64,000 bases of DNA from Mobula hypostoma (Eukaryota). The position numbers and the translations under genes are program-made. Below are positions 51,085 through 64,000 of this stretch, piece by piece. The number at the start of each line of letters is the position of its first letter. Within the stretch, counting starts at the first letter, position 1. The stretch spans positions 14,384,001-14,448,000 of the forward strand of contig NC_086108.1 in NCBI RefSeq assembly GCF_963921235.1, in the 5' to 3' direction. Under the pieces are notes generated by a model, which was not told the origin of the DNA, did no database searches, and saw only the letters and a program-made list of their open reading frames with translations.

Positions 51085-51268
51085 CAATATTCCGCGTGGG
51101 AATTTTAACTGGAGGTGGCAGTGTTTTTTTTTTACGAGGCCGAGTTGCGAGCTCAACATCAACCCGGCACGGATGGAGAGCACGCTCGGGGGTGGTCTGT
51201 CACTGGATCGAACTCGGGAACCTCCGTTCTTGGGCCTGGCGCTGATCTCACTGCACCACCAGCCGGCC
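51085..51268 (-). mobile_element. tRNA-derived SINE
   Basis: Minus strand GGCCGGCTGGTGGTGCAGTGAG (A box) ... GAGTTCGATCC (B box), then a non-tRNA body with an A-run; 3' boundary approximate. Confidence 0.7.
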
Positions 51269-51299
51269 ATATGGAATGCTGTTTATGGTTATGCACTTT

Positions 51300-54200
51300 G
51301 GTAGAAGGAACAAAAGTTTAGAATGTCTTCTAAATTGGCAGAAAATTCAACAAGCTGAGGTGCAAAGGAACTTGGGAGTTCTCATGCAGGAATCCCTAAA
51401 GGTCAACTTTCAGGTTGAGTTGGTGGTGAGGAAGGCAAATGCAATATGAGCATTAATTTTGATAGAACTAGATCATAAAAGCAAGAGTGTAATTCTGAGG
51501 TTTTATATGGCACTAGTGAGGCCTCTCGGAGTATTGTGGGCAGTTTTGGGCCCCTTATATATGAAAAGATATGCCAACATTTGGAGAAGGTTTAGGGGAG
51601 GTTCACAAGAATAATTCTGGAAATAAAAGGGTTATCATGAGTGTTTGGTGGCACTGGTCCTGTACTTGCTGGAATTTAGAAGAATGAGGGGGGGATCTCA
51701 TTGAAACTTTCCAAATTTTGAAAAGCATAGATAGAATGGATGTAGAGGGGATGTTTCCTATAGTGGCAGGAGTCTGGAACCAGAGAACACAGCCTCAAAA
51801 TAGAGGGAGTTCCATTTAGGACAGAGATGAGGAGGAATATCTTTAGCCAAAGGGTGAATCTGTGGAATTTGTTGCCACAGTTGGCTGTGGAGGCCAAGTC
51901 ACTGGTATTTAAGGTTCTTGATTAGTCAGGGCATGAAAGATGCCGCAGAGAATGGGGACGAGAGGGAAAATGGATCAGCCATGAGCAGGCAGGTTTGTTA
52001 GAGCTGTTGGGGAGGGTTTAAACTAATTTGGGTGGGGGTGGAAACCAGAGTGAAGGGACTCGGGTTAATAAATAAATAAATAAATCAAAGATGACGTGCA
52101 GTCAGATTTTCAGGAAAGGCAGGTAGATGATAGGACAAAATTGCAGCCAGACAGTGAGTATCAGTGCATTCGGAGTGCAGAATCAAAAAGTGTAGTAAAT
52201 ACAGTACTCAATGTTATATCTCAATGCACAGAGTATAAGAAATAAGGTGGATGATCTTATTGCATGATTACAGATTGTCAGGTATGATGTTGTGGCCGTC
52301 ACTGAATCATGGCTGAAATTTGTTGTAGTTGGGAGCTGAATGTTCAAGGTTACATGTTGCATTGGAGGGGTAGGAAGGTAGGCAGAGGGGGAGGCATGGC
52401 ACTGCTGGTAAAAAATGGCATCAAATCAGTAGAAAGACGTGACATAGGATCAGAAGATGTTGAATCCGTGTGGGTTGAGTTAAGAAACTGCAAGGGTTAA
52501 AAGATCCTGATGGCAGTTATATACAGTGGAGTAAAGGAAGTTACAGTGGTGTGAGGGAGGAGTTGGCCAAAGTAAATTGTAAGGAACTACAGGGAGGGAT
52601 GACAGTGGAGCAGCAATGGTGAGAGTTTCTGGGAAAAATGAGGAAGGTGCAGGATAGATGTATTCCGGAAACAAAGAAGTATTCAAATAGCAAAATAGTA
52701 CAACCGTGGCTGACAAGGGAAGTCAAAGCTATTGTAAAAGTAAAAGAGAGGAAATACAACAAAGCAAAAAATTGTGGGAAGACAGAGGATTGGGAAGCTT
52801 TTAAAACCCTACAGAGAGCAACAAAAAGAATCATTAGGGCGGAAAAAGATGAAATATGAAAGCAAGCTAGCAAACAATATCAAAGTGAATAGATAGTAAA
52901 AGCTTCTTCAAATATGTAAAAATAAATAAGTAAATAAATAAGAAGTGAGTAGATATAGGACCACTAGAAAATGAGGCAGGAGAAATAATAACGGGGGCCA
53001 AGGAGATGGCTGATGAAATGAGTATCTTCCATCAGTCTTCACTGTGGAAGACACTAGCAGTGTGCCAGATGTTGAAGAGTGGGAGGGAAGAGAAGTGAAT
53101 GCAGTTACTATTACAAGGGAGAAGGTGCTTAAAAAGCTGAGGCTATGTAAGTCACCCAGAACAGATGAACTGTACACCAAGTCTCTGAAGGAGGTAGCAG
53201 TAGAGATTGCGGAGGCATTAGTAATGATCTTTCAAAAATCATTGAATTCTGGCGTGGTGCCAGAGGACTGGAAAATTGCAAAAGAAAGGAGGAAGGCAGC
53301 AGAAAGGAAATTATAGACCGGTTAGCCTGACCTCAGTGGTTGAGAAATGTTGGAGTCAATTGTTAAGGATGAGGTTATGGAGTACTTGGTGACACAGGAC
53401 AAGATAGAACAAAGTCAGTGTGGTTTCCTTCAGGGAAAATCTTGCCTGGTAAACTTGTTGGAATTCTTTGAGGAGATTACAAGTAGGATAGATAAAAGGG
53501 ATGCAGTGGATGTTGTGTATATGGCCTTTGACAAGGTGCCTCACTTGAGGCTATTTACCAAGTTGAGATCCCAGGGTATTACAGGAAAGTGACTGCCAAG
53601 GTTAGAGCATTAGCTGATTAGTAAGGGGCAGCGAGTGGGAATAAAAGTATCTTTTTCTGTTTGGATGTCAGTGACTACTGGTGTTCTGCAGAGGTCTGTG
53701 TTGGGACTGATTCTTTTTATACAGTTTAGCAATGATGTAGATGATGGAATAGATGGCTTTGTTGCCAAGTTTGCAAATGATGTGAAGTGATTGGTGGAGC
53801 GGCAAGTAGTATTGAGGAAACAGATAGGCTGCAGAAGGACTTAGATCAGGAGAATGGGCACGAAAGTGACAGATGAAATACAATGTTGGAAAATACATGC
53901 TCATGCACTTCGGTAGAAGAAATAAATGTGCAGACTATTTTCTAAATGGGGAGAAAATCCAAAAATCCGAGCTGTAAAGGGACTTGGAAATCCTTGTGCA
54001 GAACTCCCTCGAGATTAACTTGCAGGTTAAGTCAGTAGTGAGGAAGGCAAATACAATGTTAGCATTCATTTCTAGAATACAAGAGTAGGGATGTGATGCT
54101 GAGGCTTCATAAGGCACTGGTGAGGCCTCATCCTGAGTATTGTGAACAGTTTTGGTCTCCTCATCTAAGAAAAGATGTGCTGGCATTGGAGAGGGTTCAG

Positions 54201-54625
54201 AAGAGGTTCACAAAGATGATTCTGGGATTGAAAGGGTTATCATACGACGAATGTTTGATGGCTCTGGGTCTGATGTTGGGGTGGTGGGGGAGGGGATCCA
54301 TCGAAACCTTTCAAATGCTGAAAGGCCTAGACAGGTAGAGGTGGAAAGGACGTTTCCCACGGTGTCTAGGACAAGAGGGCACAGCCTCAGGATGGAGGGG
54401 CATCTAAGAGGGTGGTGAATTTGTGGAATTTATTACCACAGGCAGCTGTGGAGGCCAGGTCATTAGGTGCTTTTAAGGCAGAGCTTGAGAGGTTCTTGAT
54501 TGGACATGGCATCCAAGGTTACACATGGAAGGCCAGAGAGTGGGGCTGAAGAGGGGGAAAAAGGATCAGCCATGATTGAGTGGCATAGCAGACTCCATGG
54601 ACCAGATGGTCCAATTCTTCTCCCA
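51300..54625 (+). mobile_element. Degraded CR1 LINE segments (3' piece, then APE-RT-3' UTR)
   Basis: VESVWVELRNCKG, QPWLTREVK, GFLQGKSCLVNLLEFFEEITS, LVRPHPEYCEQFWSPHLRKD. Confidence 0.85.
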
Positions 54626-55295
54626 CCCCTTGGGTTGATTAGCCTATATTCTATAGAATAAATATTCTCAATGGAGTGGAGTCCAGGACGATTGGTCCTA
54701 TTCTCAGTATATGGAATAACCCATGAAGGGTTGAGAGGAGGAGGAATTTCTTCATCCAGAAAGTAGTGAACATTTGGAATTCTCTACTGCAACATACAGT
54801 TGTTTGTTAAAGATATTCAAGTAATTAGATGTTGTTGATGGACCAGAGGAGAGAGGAACAGGAACTAAATCTTTTACCATCAGCTGCGAATGTATTGAAT
54901 GGAGCACTCAAGTGGCTAGATGGTCTTTTTCTGATCCCTTTTTCTAAATTGCTAAGTGAAAAAATAGGAGCAACATGTAGCTACCTGGCCCTTCGGTACC
55001 ATTCAATGTAATGCTTGACATTCTAACTTACTGCTATCACATTGACCATCAATTCCTGGATTGATGCCCAGAAAGCTATTGATCTGTTTGGACAGAACTC
55101 AAAGACAGTTATCGCAGCATCTAGGGTAGAGAATTCCCAAAGGATCACCATTCCCCAAGTAGGAAAGCTTTGTCTCATCTTTGTCCTCCATGCCTCCCCC
55201 TTATTCTCAACCTTTTCTAGGCTCTCCATCCACAGGAACCATCCTCCTTACATCTAGTCTTTTAGACCGTTCAGCGGTGTTGTAGATGTTGAGTA

Positions 55296-56644
55296 CACCC
55301 TATCCTCGTTATATGCGTCTTCAGACAATGCCGACTCACGGTTAGGTGAAGAACCTATTTCTACCAATGTCTCGTTATATGCGTCCAAAACTCACAGTTA
55401 TGCGAGGAGCACTGCTTTCCCACCAATACAAGTCACGTGCACACACCTCACAGTCTCGCTGTTGGGACGAGAAGCACCGCTTTCCCGCCATCTCAAGTAA
55501 GGTGCGCGCACCTCACAATCTCTCTCCCACCACTCTCGCATTGGTTTCGGCAAGGTGTGGATGCGCGACCTTAAACTTCTGTTGGTTTTACCTACGGTGC
55601 AGTGATTTTGCACTTGAAATATTTAACTATGCCTCCTAAGCATCCGATGCCATGTCCTGGCCATTAGCCGAGTGGCAGAGAACCGCTTTAACACTCGAAA
55701 AAAGGTAGGAAATTATAAACAGCACGGCATCAGCTGAAGGTAACATAGCTCTGGGACACTACTGCCAGGAACAGAATCTTGCCTTTAAAGTTCTTTTGGT
55801 GCTTGACAATACGCCAGCCCATCCTAAACATTTGGACAGCATTCATCCTAACATAACAGTGCGTTTCCTGCCGCTTAACACAACATCGCTGATTCAACCA
55901 CTCGACCAAGGTGTAAAATCCACATTCCAGGCGTATGTATTTTTTTTACCGCGAACTATCTCTCAGATGGTGCAAGCAACAGACGATTTTGAAAATCCCG
56001 GGAGTTTACCAACGGTGAGGGAATGGTGGAAGTCAGAACACTTGGCACAAATGGCGATGGACATGGACCCACGTTTAGAACGGAGTTAGCATTTCAGTCA
56101 TTCCCTGCCATCAACCCTTCTTCCCTACAAGCAAATTTAAAACAAAATGCTGCCAAGCAAACAATCCTCACCACTTTATTCAAATCGGTAACACCTTCTG
56201 CTGCTTGCAGTTCTAAGAGTTCTGTGAGTCTTCCTTCACCCCTTGCTGTGCTTGATATGATCCTGACGACCACAACCATCCACCTTATCTACAAACATTT
56301 GTATGTAAAGCTGCCTGACACCACAACAACCACTTATCTCCTGGAGTGAAGACACCTGCCATTGTTGGTGAGTACTGTACACCCGCGAATGTTAACTTTC
56401 TATGATTTATTACATTGAATATTACATTAAATTGATGAAATATAATACAAATGTTGTCTTGTGGTACTGCTTTTGTGTCGTATTGGTATGAAAATGTGAA
56501 TAAATTACAGATAAAACATATTTAGGAAGTCCTCTGGAACGCATCCCTATTTTCTCCATTTAAATAATTATTCACACTATGCGATTTCACATTATGCGTC
56601 AACTTTGAGGAACGCATCCCCCGCATATAACAAGGATAGGATGG
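55296..56644 (+). mobile_element. Tigger/pogo-family DNA transposon, internally deleted
   Basis: TA flanks (55294-95, 56645-46); TIRs caccctatcctcgttatatgcg / cgcatataacaaggataggatgg; DDE_1 motif VLDNTPAHP...FLPLNTTSLIQPLDQGV. Confidence 0.88.
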
Positions 56645-56894
56645 TATTTTCTTTAATATTCGAAACTCTCAAGACCATGGATGTAATCTGCATTTTTGAT
56701 ACTGTAAACGCACCTTTTATTGAACTCATCCAACTGATCTTCACTGTTCCTCCCTTTGTGAAAAATGTATCTTTGGGTAGGGAGATCAAAATTCTGCACA
56801 GTGTAGCAGGTTCAGTCAAACTAATGCTTCTCACAATTTCAGTGTGACTTCCTTTTTCTTGTAATTAAACCGCTCATATTATAGAGGCTAAATT

Positions 56895-57204
56895 TATATA
56901 GGCATCCATTAGTCTCCTGAGACCATGGATTTGCACCTTGGAAGGTTTCCAGGACACAGGCCTGGGCAAGGTTGTATGGAAGTTGCCGGTTGCCCATGCT
57001 GCAAGTCACCCCTCTCCACGCTACCGATGTTGTCCAAGGGAAGGGCACTAGGGCCGATACAGCTTGGCACCAGTGTCGTCGCAGAGTAATATGTGATTAA
57101 GTGCCTTGCTCAGGGACACAACACGCTACCTCAGCTGAGGCTTGAAATAGCGACCTTCAGATCACTAGACAAACGCCTTAACTACCTGGCCACGCGCCAA
57201 CAAC
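56895..57204 (-). mobile_element. tRNA-derived SINE with a CORE-like central box
   Basis: 14-bp TSD atagaggctaaatt (56881-56894, 57205-57218); minus-strand head GGCGCGTGGCCAGGTAGTTAAGGCG..., then GTGTCCCTGAGCAAGGCACTTAA. Confidence 0.82.
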
Positions 57205-59941
57205 ATAGAGGCTAAATTATTGGTAGTACATTAGTGTAGTGAGAAAAGCCAGCTCCATCATGGGCACTAGCCTCCCCACCATTAAGGACATCTTCAAAAG
57301 ATGATGCTTCAGAAGGTGGCATGCATCATTAAGAATCCCCATCACCCAGGACATGCCCTCTTCTCATTACTGCCATCAGAGATGAGGTACAGAAATCTTG
57401 AGAGAGATACCCAGTGTTTTAGGAGCATCTTGTTCCCTTCTAAATGGACAATGAACCCACAAACACTATCTCACTATTTTTACATGACTTATTTTTTATA
57501 TAGTTCTTATTATAAAATAAAGTGTATTTTATGTACTGCACTGTACTGCTGCCACAAAACAACAGATGATTCTGAGACCTTGTGCCTCACAGAGCCAGTA
57601 AGCTATGTTCATTTCTGACTATGTGGAATTTGTATGTTCTCCCTGTGACTCCTGTAAATTGCTCATATGTGAATGGTAGAATCTGGGGAAGTTTGTTATC
57701 AAGCTGTGCAGACCGGAAACAGACCCTCTGACAAAACTTGTTCATGTCCATCTCTACATATCCTATTTACCACATTATGTCCCTATTCTACTATATCTTG
57801 CCTATCTAAGCACCTCTTAAACCAGCTGTTCACTGCATATCAATGATTTGGATGAGGAGGTCACATGTAATATATCCAAACTTACTGATGTTTCAAAGCT
57901 GGATTGCTGTGTGGTGTTGGAGGAGGATGCATGTGCTTTAGAGGGATACTGACAAAGTAAGTGAACAGAAAAGCACCTGGTACATAGATCCTAGAGTCAT
58001 ACAGCACAGAAACAGGCCTGAGTGGTCAACACCAACCAAGACGCCCATCAGTTTGACCCATTTGCCCGTGTTTGGCTCATATCCTTCGAAACCTTTCCTG
58101 ACATACCCAAACACACACGACTGATGGCCAACAACCAAGTATTCACATTGTCAAGGTTGCTGATGGTATCGCCAATGATGAGACAGCCTATAGGGAGAAA
58201 CTGGAGGAGCCTGGGGCCTGGTGCCAGGCAAATGACCTCTTCCTCAATGTCAACAAGACGAAAGGAGCTGGTTATAGACCGGGAGAATTCGCACCACTCA
58301 CACCCTTCTGTACATCGGTAGTACAGCAATGAAAACTGTGAGCAGTTTCAAACTCTTGGGTCACAGAACACATCTTACGCAATCACGAAAGCTCACCAAT
58401 GCCTCAACTTTCTGAGGAGGCAGAAGGGGGTGTTATCTGCTCCCTAATACTCATAACCTGCACAGATATGCACCCTAACATGCTGCATCACTGCACGGTG
58501 TGGAAACTGCACTACAGCAGACAGGAAGGCTCTACAATGGGTAGTGAAAACTGCCTATGCATCGCGGGCAGCAGTCTAACTGGCATCAAGGGTATACACA
58601 CAGAAGGGTACCAGAAAAAGGCCAGCAATATCATGAAGGATCCCATCCCGCTGCACACGGACTGCTTGTCACACTCCCATCAGGGAGGAAGCTACATAGC
58701 ACCATGCCAGGACCACTGGACTCAAAAACAGTTACTTTCCCCAAGCAGTAAGGCTGATCAATACCTCTACCAACTAACACACCCCTCCAACCACCGCTCC
58801 TCTACAATTTCCTTTCAGAATCACAGGCACTCCTGTGCCTACTATCACTTTATGTACATATAATCAATGTACAAGCTTTCTTGTGTATTTATATTGATTG
58901 TATTTTTTGTCTTAATGGATATTGTTTTGTGCTGCTTTGGATCCAGAGTAACATTTATTTTGTTGTCCTTTACTCTGGTGCACTGGAAATGATATGAAAC
59001 AACCTTGAATACATGTAGCTGTCCAAGTAGATAATGTGCCTGTTTCAATGACTTCCTGTCATAGCTCATTCCATGTACTGACCAGTCTCTGGGTGACAAA
59101 GTTGCCTCTTCGGTTCTTATTGCTCTCGCTGAAACCTATCCCTTCTAGTTCCTTCTTCCTCAACCCTGGAAAAAAGATTGTGTACATACACTATACCTCA
59201 GCATTTCGAGAAGATCACCATCTTCTAAACTCCAGCAAAGAAAAACTCAGCTTGCTTAACCTGTCTCCCTCAAGTCCTAGCAACATCCTTGTAACTCTCC
59301 TCTTCAGCTTAATGATGCCTTTCCTATAGCAATGTGACTAAAACTGAACACAATATTCCAACTGCAGCCTCACCAACATCTTGTAGAACTGCAACATGTT
59401 CCGTTCCTTGCCCTGACCGACTGATGAAGGCAGCATGCCAAAAGCCTTTTGCACTACCCTTCTACCTGAGAAGTCCCTTTCAGAAAACCATGTACTTGTA
59501 CTTTTCAGTCTCTCTATTCTACAACACTCCCCAAGACCCCACTGGTCACTCTGATTGTCCCTTTGAGTTCCCTAAATGCAAGACCTTGCATTAATCCAAA
59601 TTAAACTATTTTCCATTTACCCAACTGATCAAGAACCCACTGTAAATCCTGGTAACAATTTTCACTGTCAACAACACCATCTGTTTTTGTATATTTTGCA
59701 AATGTATTAATCATGCCTGTACATTCTCATCCAAATCATAGCTGATAAGTAGATGTGGGCCCAGCACTGATCCTCAATTGTTGGACTCCGCTAATAGGAG
59801 CGACCTTCTGCGATCATTCTCTGCTTTCTACTGTCAAATGTATTTTGTATCCAGTCGCCTATCTCCCCCTGGATCCCATACGATCTAACTTTCCATAGCA
59901 GCTTACCATATGGACCCTAATCAAAGGCCTTACTGACCATA

Positions 59942-61555
59942 CAGTGCCTATAAAAAGTATTCACCCTCCCTCGGAAGTTTTCATGTTTTATTGTTTTACA
60001 ACATTAAATCACAATGGATTTAAGTTTGGCTTTTTTGACACTCATCAATAGAAAAGACTCCTTCATGTCAAAGTAAAAACAAATTTCTGAAAATTGGTCT
60101 AAATTTATTACAGTTTGCTAAACAGATAATTGCATAATTACACAACCCTTCAAGTCAGTACAGGTATTTAGTAGGTACAACTTTGGAAGTTATTACATCC
60201 TTGAGTCTGTGTGGATAGGTCTCTAGCAGCTTTGCATATCTGGACACTGTAATTTTTCCTCATTCTTCTTTACAAAATTGCTCAAGCTCTGTCAGATTGC
60301 ATGGGATTGAGAGTGAACAGCCCTTTTCAAGTCCAGTCACAAATTCTCAATTGGACTGTGGTTTGGACCTTGACTCAGCCACTCCAGGACATTAACTTTG
60401 TTGTTTTTAAGCCGCTCCTGTGTAGATTTGGCTTTATCCTTGGGGTTATTGTCTTGCTGGAAAACAAATCTTCTCCCAAGTTGCAGTTCTCTTGGATCAG
60501 GTTTTCCTCCAGGATTTCCCTGTATTTTGCTGCATTTATTTTACCCTCTACCTTCACAAGCCTTCCAGGGCCTGCTGCAGTGAAGCATCCCCACAGCATG
60601 ATGCAGCCACCACTATGCTTCACAACAGGGATGGTGTGTTTTTGATGGTGTGGTGTTTGGCGATAGCGTTTACTCTGATGGCCAAAAAGCTCAATTTTCA
60701 TTTCATCAGACTATAGAATCTTCTTCCTGCTGACTTCAGAGTCTTCCATATGCCATTTGGCAAACTCTAGCTGAGATCTCATGTGAGATTTTTTTTCCCA
60801 AAGTGGTTTTCTCTTTGCCCTTCTCTCATAAAGCTGCAACTATTGAAATACCTAGGCAACAGTTGTTCTATGCACCCTGTCTCCCACCTCAGCCACTGAA
60901 GGTTGTAACTTCACCAGAGCTGTCATAGGTCTTTTGGTGGTCTCTCTCAGTAGTCCCATTCTTGCATGGTGACTCAGTTTTTTAGGACGGCCTGTTCTAA
61001 GCAGATTTCCAACTGCCTCATATTCTTCCCATTTCTTGATAATCGACTTAACTCTACTCCAAGGGATATACAGTGACTTGGAAATTTTCTTGCTTCCCTC
61101 TCCTGATTTGTGCTTTTCAATAACCTTTCCACAGAGACGCTTGCAGTGTTCTTTTGTCTTCATGGTGTAGTTTTTACCAGGACACTGACTCACCAACAGT
61201 TGGACCTTTCAGCTATAGATGTATTTTTACTACAATCAATTGAAACCCCTTGATTCCACACAGGTGATCTCTATTTAACTAATTCTGTGACTTCTAAAAC
61301 CAATTGGTTGCACCAGTGATGATTTGGTGTGTCATATTAAAGGGGGTTGAATACTTATGCAATCATTATTTTGTGTTTTATATCTGTAATTAATTTAGAT
61401 CACTTGTAGAGATCTGTTTTTTCTTTGACATGAAAGAGGTTTTTTCTGTTGATCAGTGTCAAAAAATGCCAAATTTAAATCCACAGTGATTCAGTGTTAT
61501 AAAACAATAAAACATGAAAACTTCCAAGGTGAGTGAATACTATTTATAGACACTG
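59942..61555 (-). mobile_element. Full-length (1614 bp) Tc1 Passport-like transposon with long TIRs, inactivated
   Basis: TA TSD (59940-41, 61556-57); ends CAGTG...CACTG with roughly 150-200 bp TIRs; MKTKEH...KKISKSLYIPWSRVKSIIKKWEE...GRPKKL (paired-like DBD) and VKHSGGCIMLWGCF; frameshifts and stops. Confidence 0.92.
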
Positions 61556-62554
61556 TAGAGGCGATAACAATGAGAGCCATTTAATGATTCAACCCCTTCA
61601 GCCCACTGTGTTGGTAGGGTCAGTGTACATGAAGTCCACATCAAAAAAGTACAATTTCTTGGGATAAAGGGATGAATTGGGCCTTTGAACGTATGTCCAC
61701 ATTATCTTTAAAGGTAATGGATCAGGTGAAAAAAGTGGTCAAAAAGACATACAGAATACGTTCCATTTTAGCTGAAGCATAGATTCTGATCATCATGTTG
61801 CAGGGAGGGTGAGATTTCACTGGAAAGATAGAGAGGAGAATTATGAGATTGTAAGTTTGTGGAAGTTGAAAGATTGTTATTTTTAGAATGGAAGAGAATG
61901 AGGAAAGAGTTAGTTCAGGTGTATCAAATAATGGGAGGCATGGATTGTGTGAATAGGAAGGATCCGTTTCCACTTTGAAAGGGATCAGCAAGGATATAGA
62001 TTGAATGTGAAAAGTAGAAGGAGGAGAGGGAAGATGCACATCGAATACCATTTCTCACCCAGGAGATGTGTGGGGGTGAGGTCTGGAATTCACCTCCAAA
62101 GGGGTGTCGGGGCAGCAGCCATCATTATATTTAAACAGTTTTGTCGATGTACTTAATGAGCTGTTTTCTGTGGCATTACATATCCAGTGCTGAAAGGTGG
62201 GGATCTCTTTATCTGGGGATAGTATTGCCAAAGATAATAGTATAGTACAGGAGTAGGCCCTTGGCCCACAATGTGTTCAACTAATTAAGTTAATCCCTTC
62301 AGTCTGCACAAACTCTTTATCTCTGCATTATCTGCATATTCATCTTCCAATGGGAGAGCCTCTTCAACATTTTCATTGTCTCTGCCTCCATCTCCATCCC
62401 TGGCAGCACGTTTCAGGCATCCACCATTCTCTGTATAAAAAGTTACCTTTAAAGTTACCCCTTATCTCAAGTATTAGACATTTTGATGGGGAAAAAGATA
62501 CCAGCTGTCTATTCTACCTCTGCTGCTGAAGGTGCATCGAGTAAATACTGACTT

Positions 62555-62772
62555 GAAGGTGGTGAATACTTAGCAATCAATTATTTTTGTATTTTATATT
62601 TATAATTAATTTAGATCACTTTGTAGAGATTTGTTTTTCACTTTGACACAATAGAGTCTTTTTCTGTTGATCAGTGTCAAAAAAACCTAATTAAATCCAC
62701 TGTGATTCAATGTTGTAAAACAATAAAACATGAAAACTTCTAAGGGGAGTGGAATACTTTTTATAGGCGCTG
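62555..62772. mobile_element. Isolated TIR of the same Tc1 family
   Basis: Matches 61340-61555 and ends in ataggcgctg|ta. Confidence 0.8.
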
Positions 62773-63200
62773 TATCTATTGCCTTGCCCTCATGAGCTTT
62801 ATTGATCACTTCATTAAAGAACTTTATCAAATTCGTGAGACACAATCTATCATGCACAAAGCTATGCTGACTATCCTGAATCAACCTGTCTTTCCAACTG
62901 CTTGTCTATCTTTTCCCTCAGAATCCTCTCCAATAACTTACCTACCACAGATGTTAGGCCTACTGGTCTGAAGTTTCCAGGTTTTTCTTTGCATGAACTA
63001 TCTCAAACACCGAAGCCTTCAAGTTGTCTCTATAGTAAAAAAAATAAGAGCAAAATATTCATAAAGTGGATATTCATAATGTGACATAGTCTTAAGGTTT
63101 AGCAGAAAAGAAATTGAAAGGTGCAGTATTTTTAAATGCTGACATTTAATGGTGATTGGGGGAGGTCCTTCTACATGAAACACTGAAAGCTAAATGAGGC

Positions 63201-63236
63201 AGACCTGATGAAAGGTCCGGACCTGAAACATCGACT
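63201..63236 (+). ncRNA. Hammerhead motif at the start of a short Penelope 3'-end insertion (~63200-63335)
   Basis: agac CTGATGA (63205-63211) a-aggt-ccgg-acct (stem II) GAAA (63225-63228) C ATC gact; one stem I mismatch; ACGT palindrome changed to ACAT. Confidence 0.7.
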
Positions 63237-64000
63237 ATACGTTTTGCTCCATCGATGTTACCTGACCCACTGAATTTCTTCAGTGTGTTTGTGTGTTGCT
63301 CCAGTTTTCTAGCATCTGCAGTCTCTTGTGTTTCCTTGCAGGTTCAGTGAGCAGTTAGGAAGGCACACAATATAGTCATGTTCCAATTATATAGCGCCCT
63401 GGTGAGACTCCACCTGGAATATTATGTATGGGTCTGCAGTCCCTACACTTGGAATAGAAAGAGGTTCTTCATGGGAAGGTGTATGAGGAGACATTAAGCA
63501 GACTGGGTTTGGTCTTCAAGTTTTGACGAACAAAAAGAGATCTCATTGAAGCATACAAAATGCTCATCATGGGGCTTGCTTGATAAGATAGGTTGATATT
63601 TTCCATGGGAAAGGTGTCTGGATCCAAGGATCACATGCCTGACATGAGAAGAAACCAGAGGATTGTGAAGAGACTGAACATTTTGGGTTAGTTTCACACA
63701 ATGGTTAACGAAACTGTCTGCCATAATATGTACAGTATATTAGATTTGATTATGAGGACACGCAGTCCTCCTTTATTGTCATTTAGAAATGCATGCATTA
63801 AGAAATGATACAATGTTCCTCCAGAAAGATATTACAGAAATGCAAGACAAACCAAGACTGAAAAACTGACAAAAACCACATAATTATAACATATAGTTAC
63901 AACAGTGCAAAGCAATACCGTAATTTGATAAAGAGCAGACCATGGGCACGGTAAAAAAAAAGAGTCTCAAAGTCTCTCGAAAGTCCCATGTCTGATGGCA

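Noticed and set aside
51190..51268. Functional tRNA gene (also ~57130-57200)
   Set aside because: A/B-box-like heads continue into non-tRNA bodies, one with a 14-bp TSD; these are SINEs.
1..64000. Prokaryotic-type systems (CRISPR, retron, operons) or rRNA genes
   Set aside because: The sequence is a spliced vertebrate gene; every RT seen belongs to CR1, Rex1-like or Penelope elements.

Overview
Vertebrate genomic DNA, very likely a cartilaginous fish (ray or skate; inferred from the channel sequence and the CR1/Penelope-dominated repeats). The window lies inside a + strand voltage-gated calcium channel alpha-1 gene of the Cav2 family, best matching CACNA1E (Cav2.3). Only two coding exons are visible: 2586-2738 (end of the IS4-S5 linker, IS5) and 17925-18115 (domain I extracellular loop and P-loop with the selectivity-filter Glu). 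Most of the remainder is intron packed with nested transposable elements: CR1 and Rex1/Babar-like LINEs, two solo LTRs, Tc1/Passport-like and Tigger/pogo elements, a ~7.1 kb hAT element with an 8-bp TSD, a hAT-like element with a 6-bp TSD, tRNA-derived SINEs, and a young, nearly intact Penelope-like element (RT + GIY-YIG). The most notable signal is a family of minimal hammerhead ribozyme motifs (CTGA(C/T)GA-stem II-GAAAC-(G/A)TC) on Penelope 3' ends. Several occur as short TSD-flanked fold-back insertions, including a 91-bp-arm hairpin with two opposed intact hammerheads at ~24976-25164, all within the channel pre-mRNA. Family names come from recalled motifs, not database searches. Boundaries of old degraded repeats are approximate.
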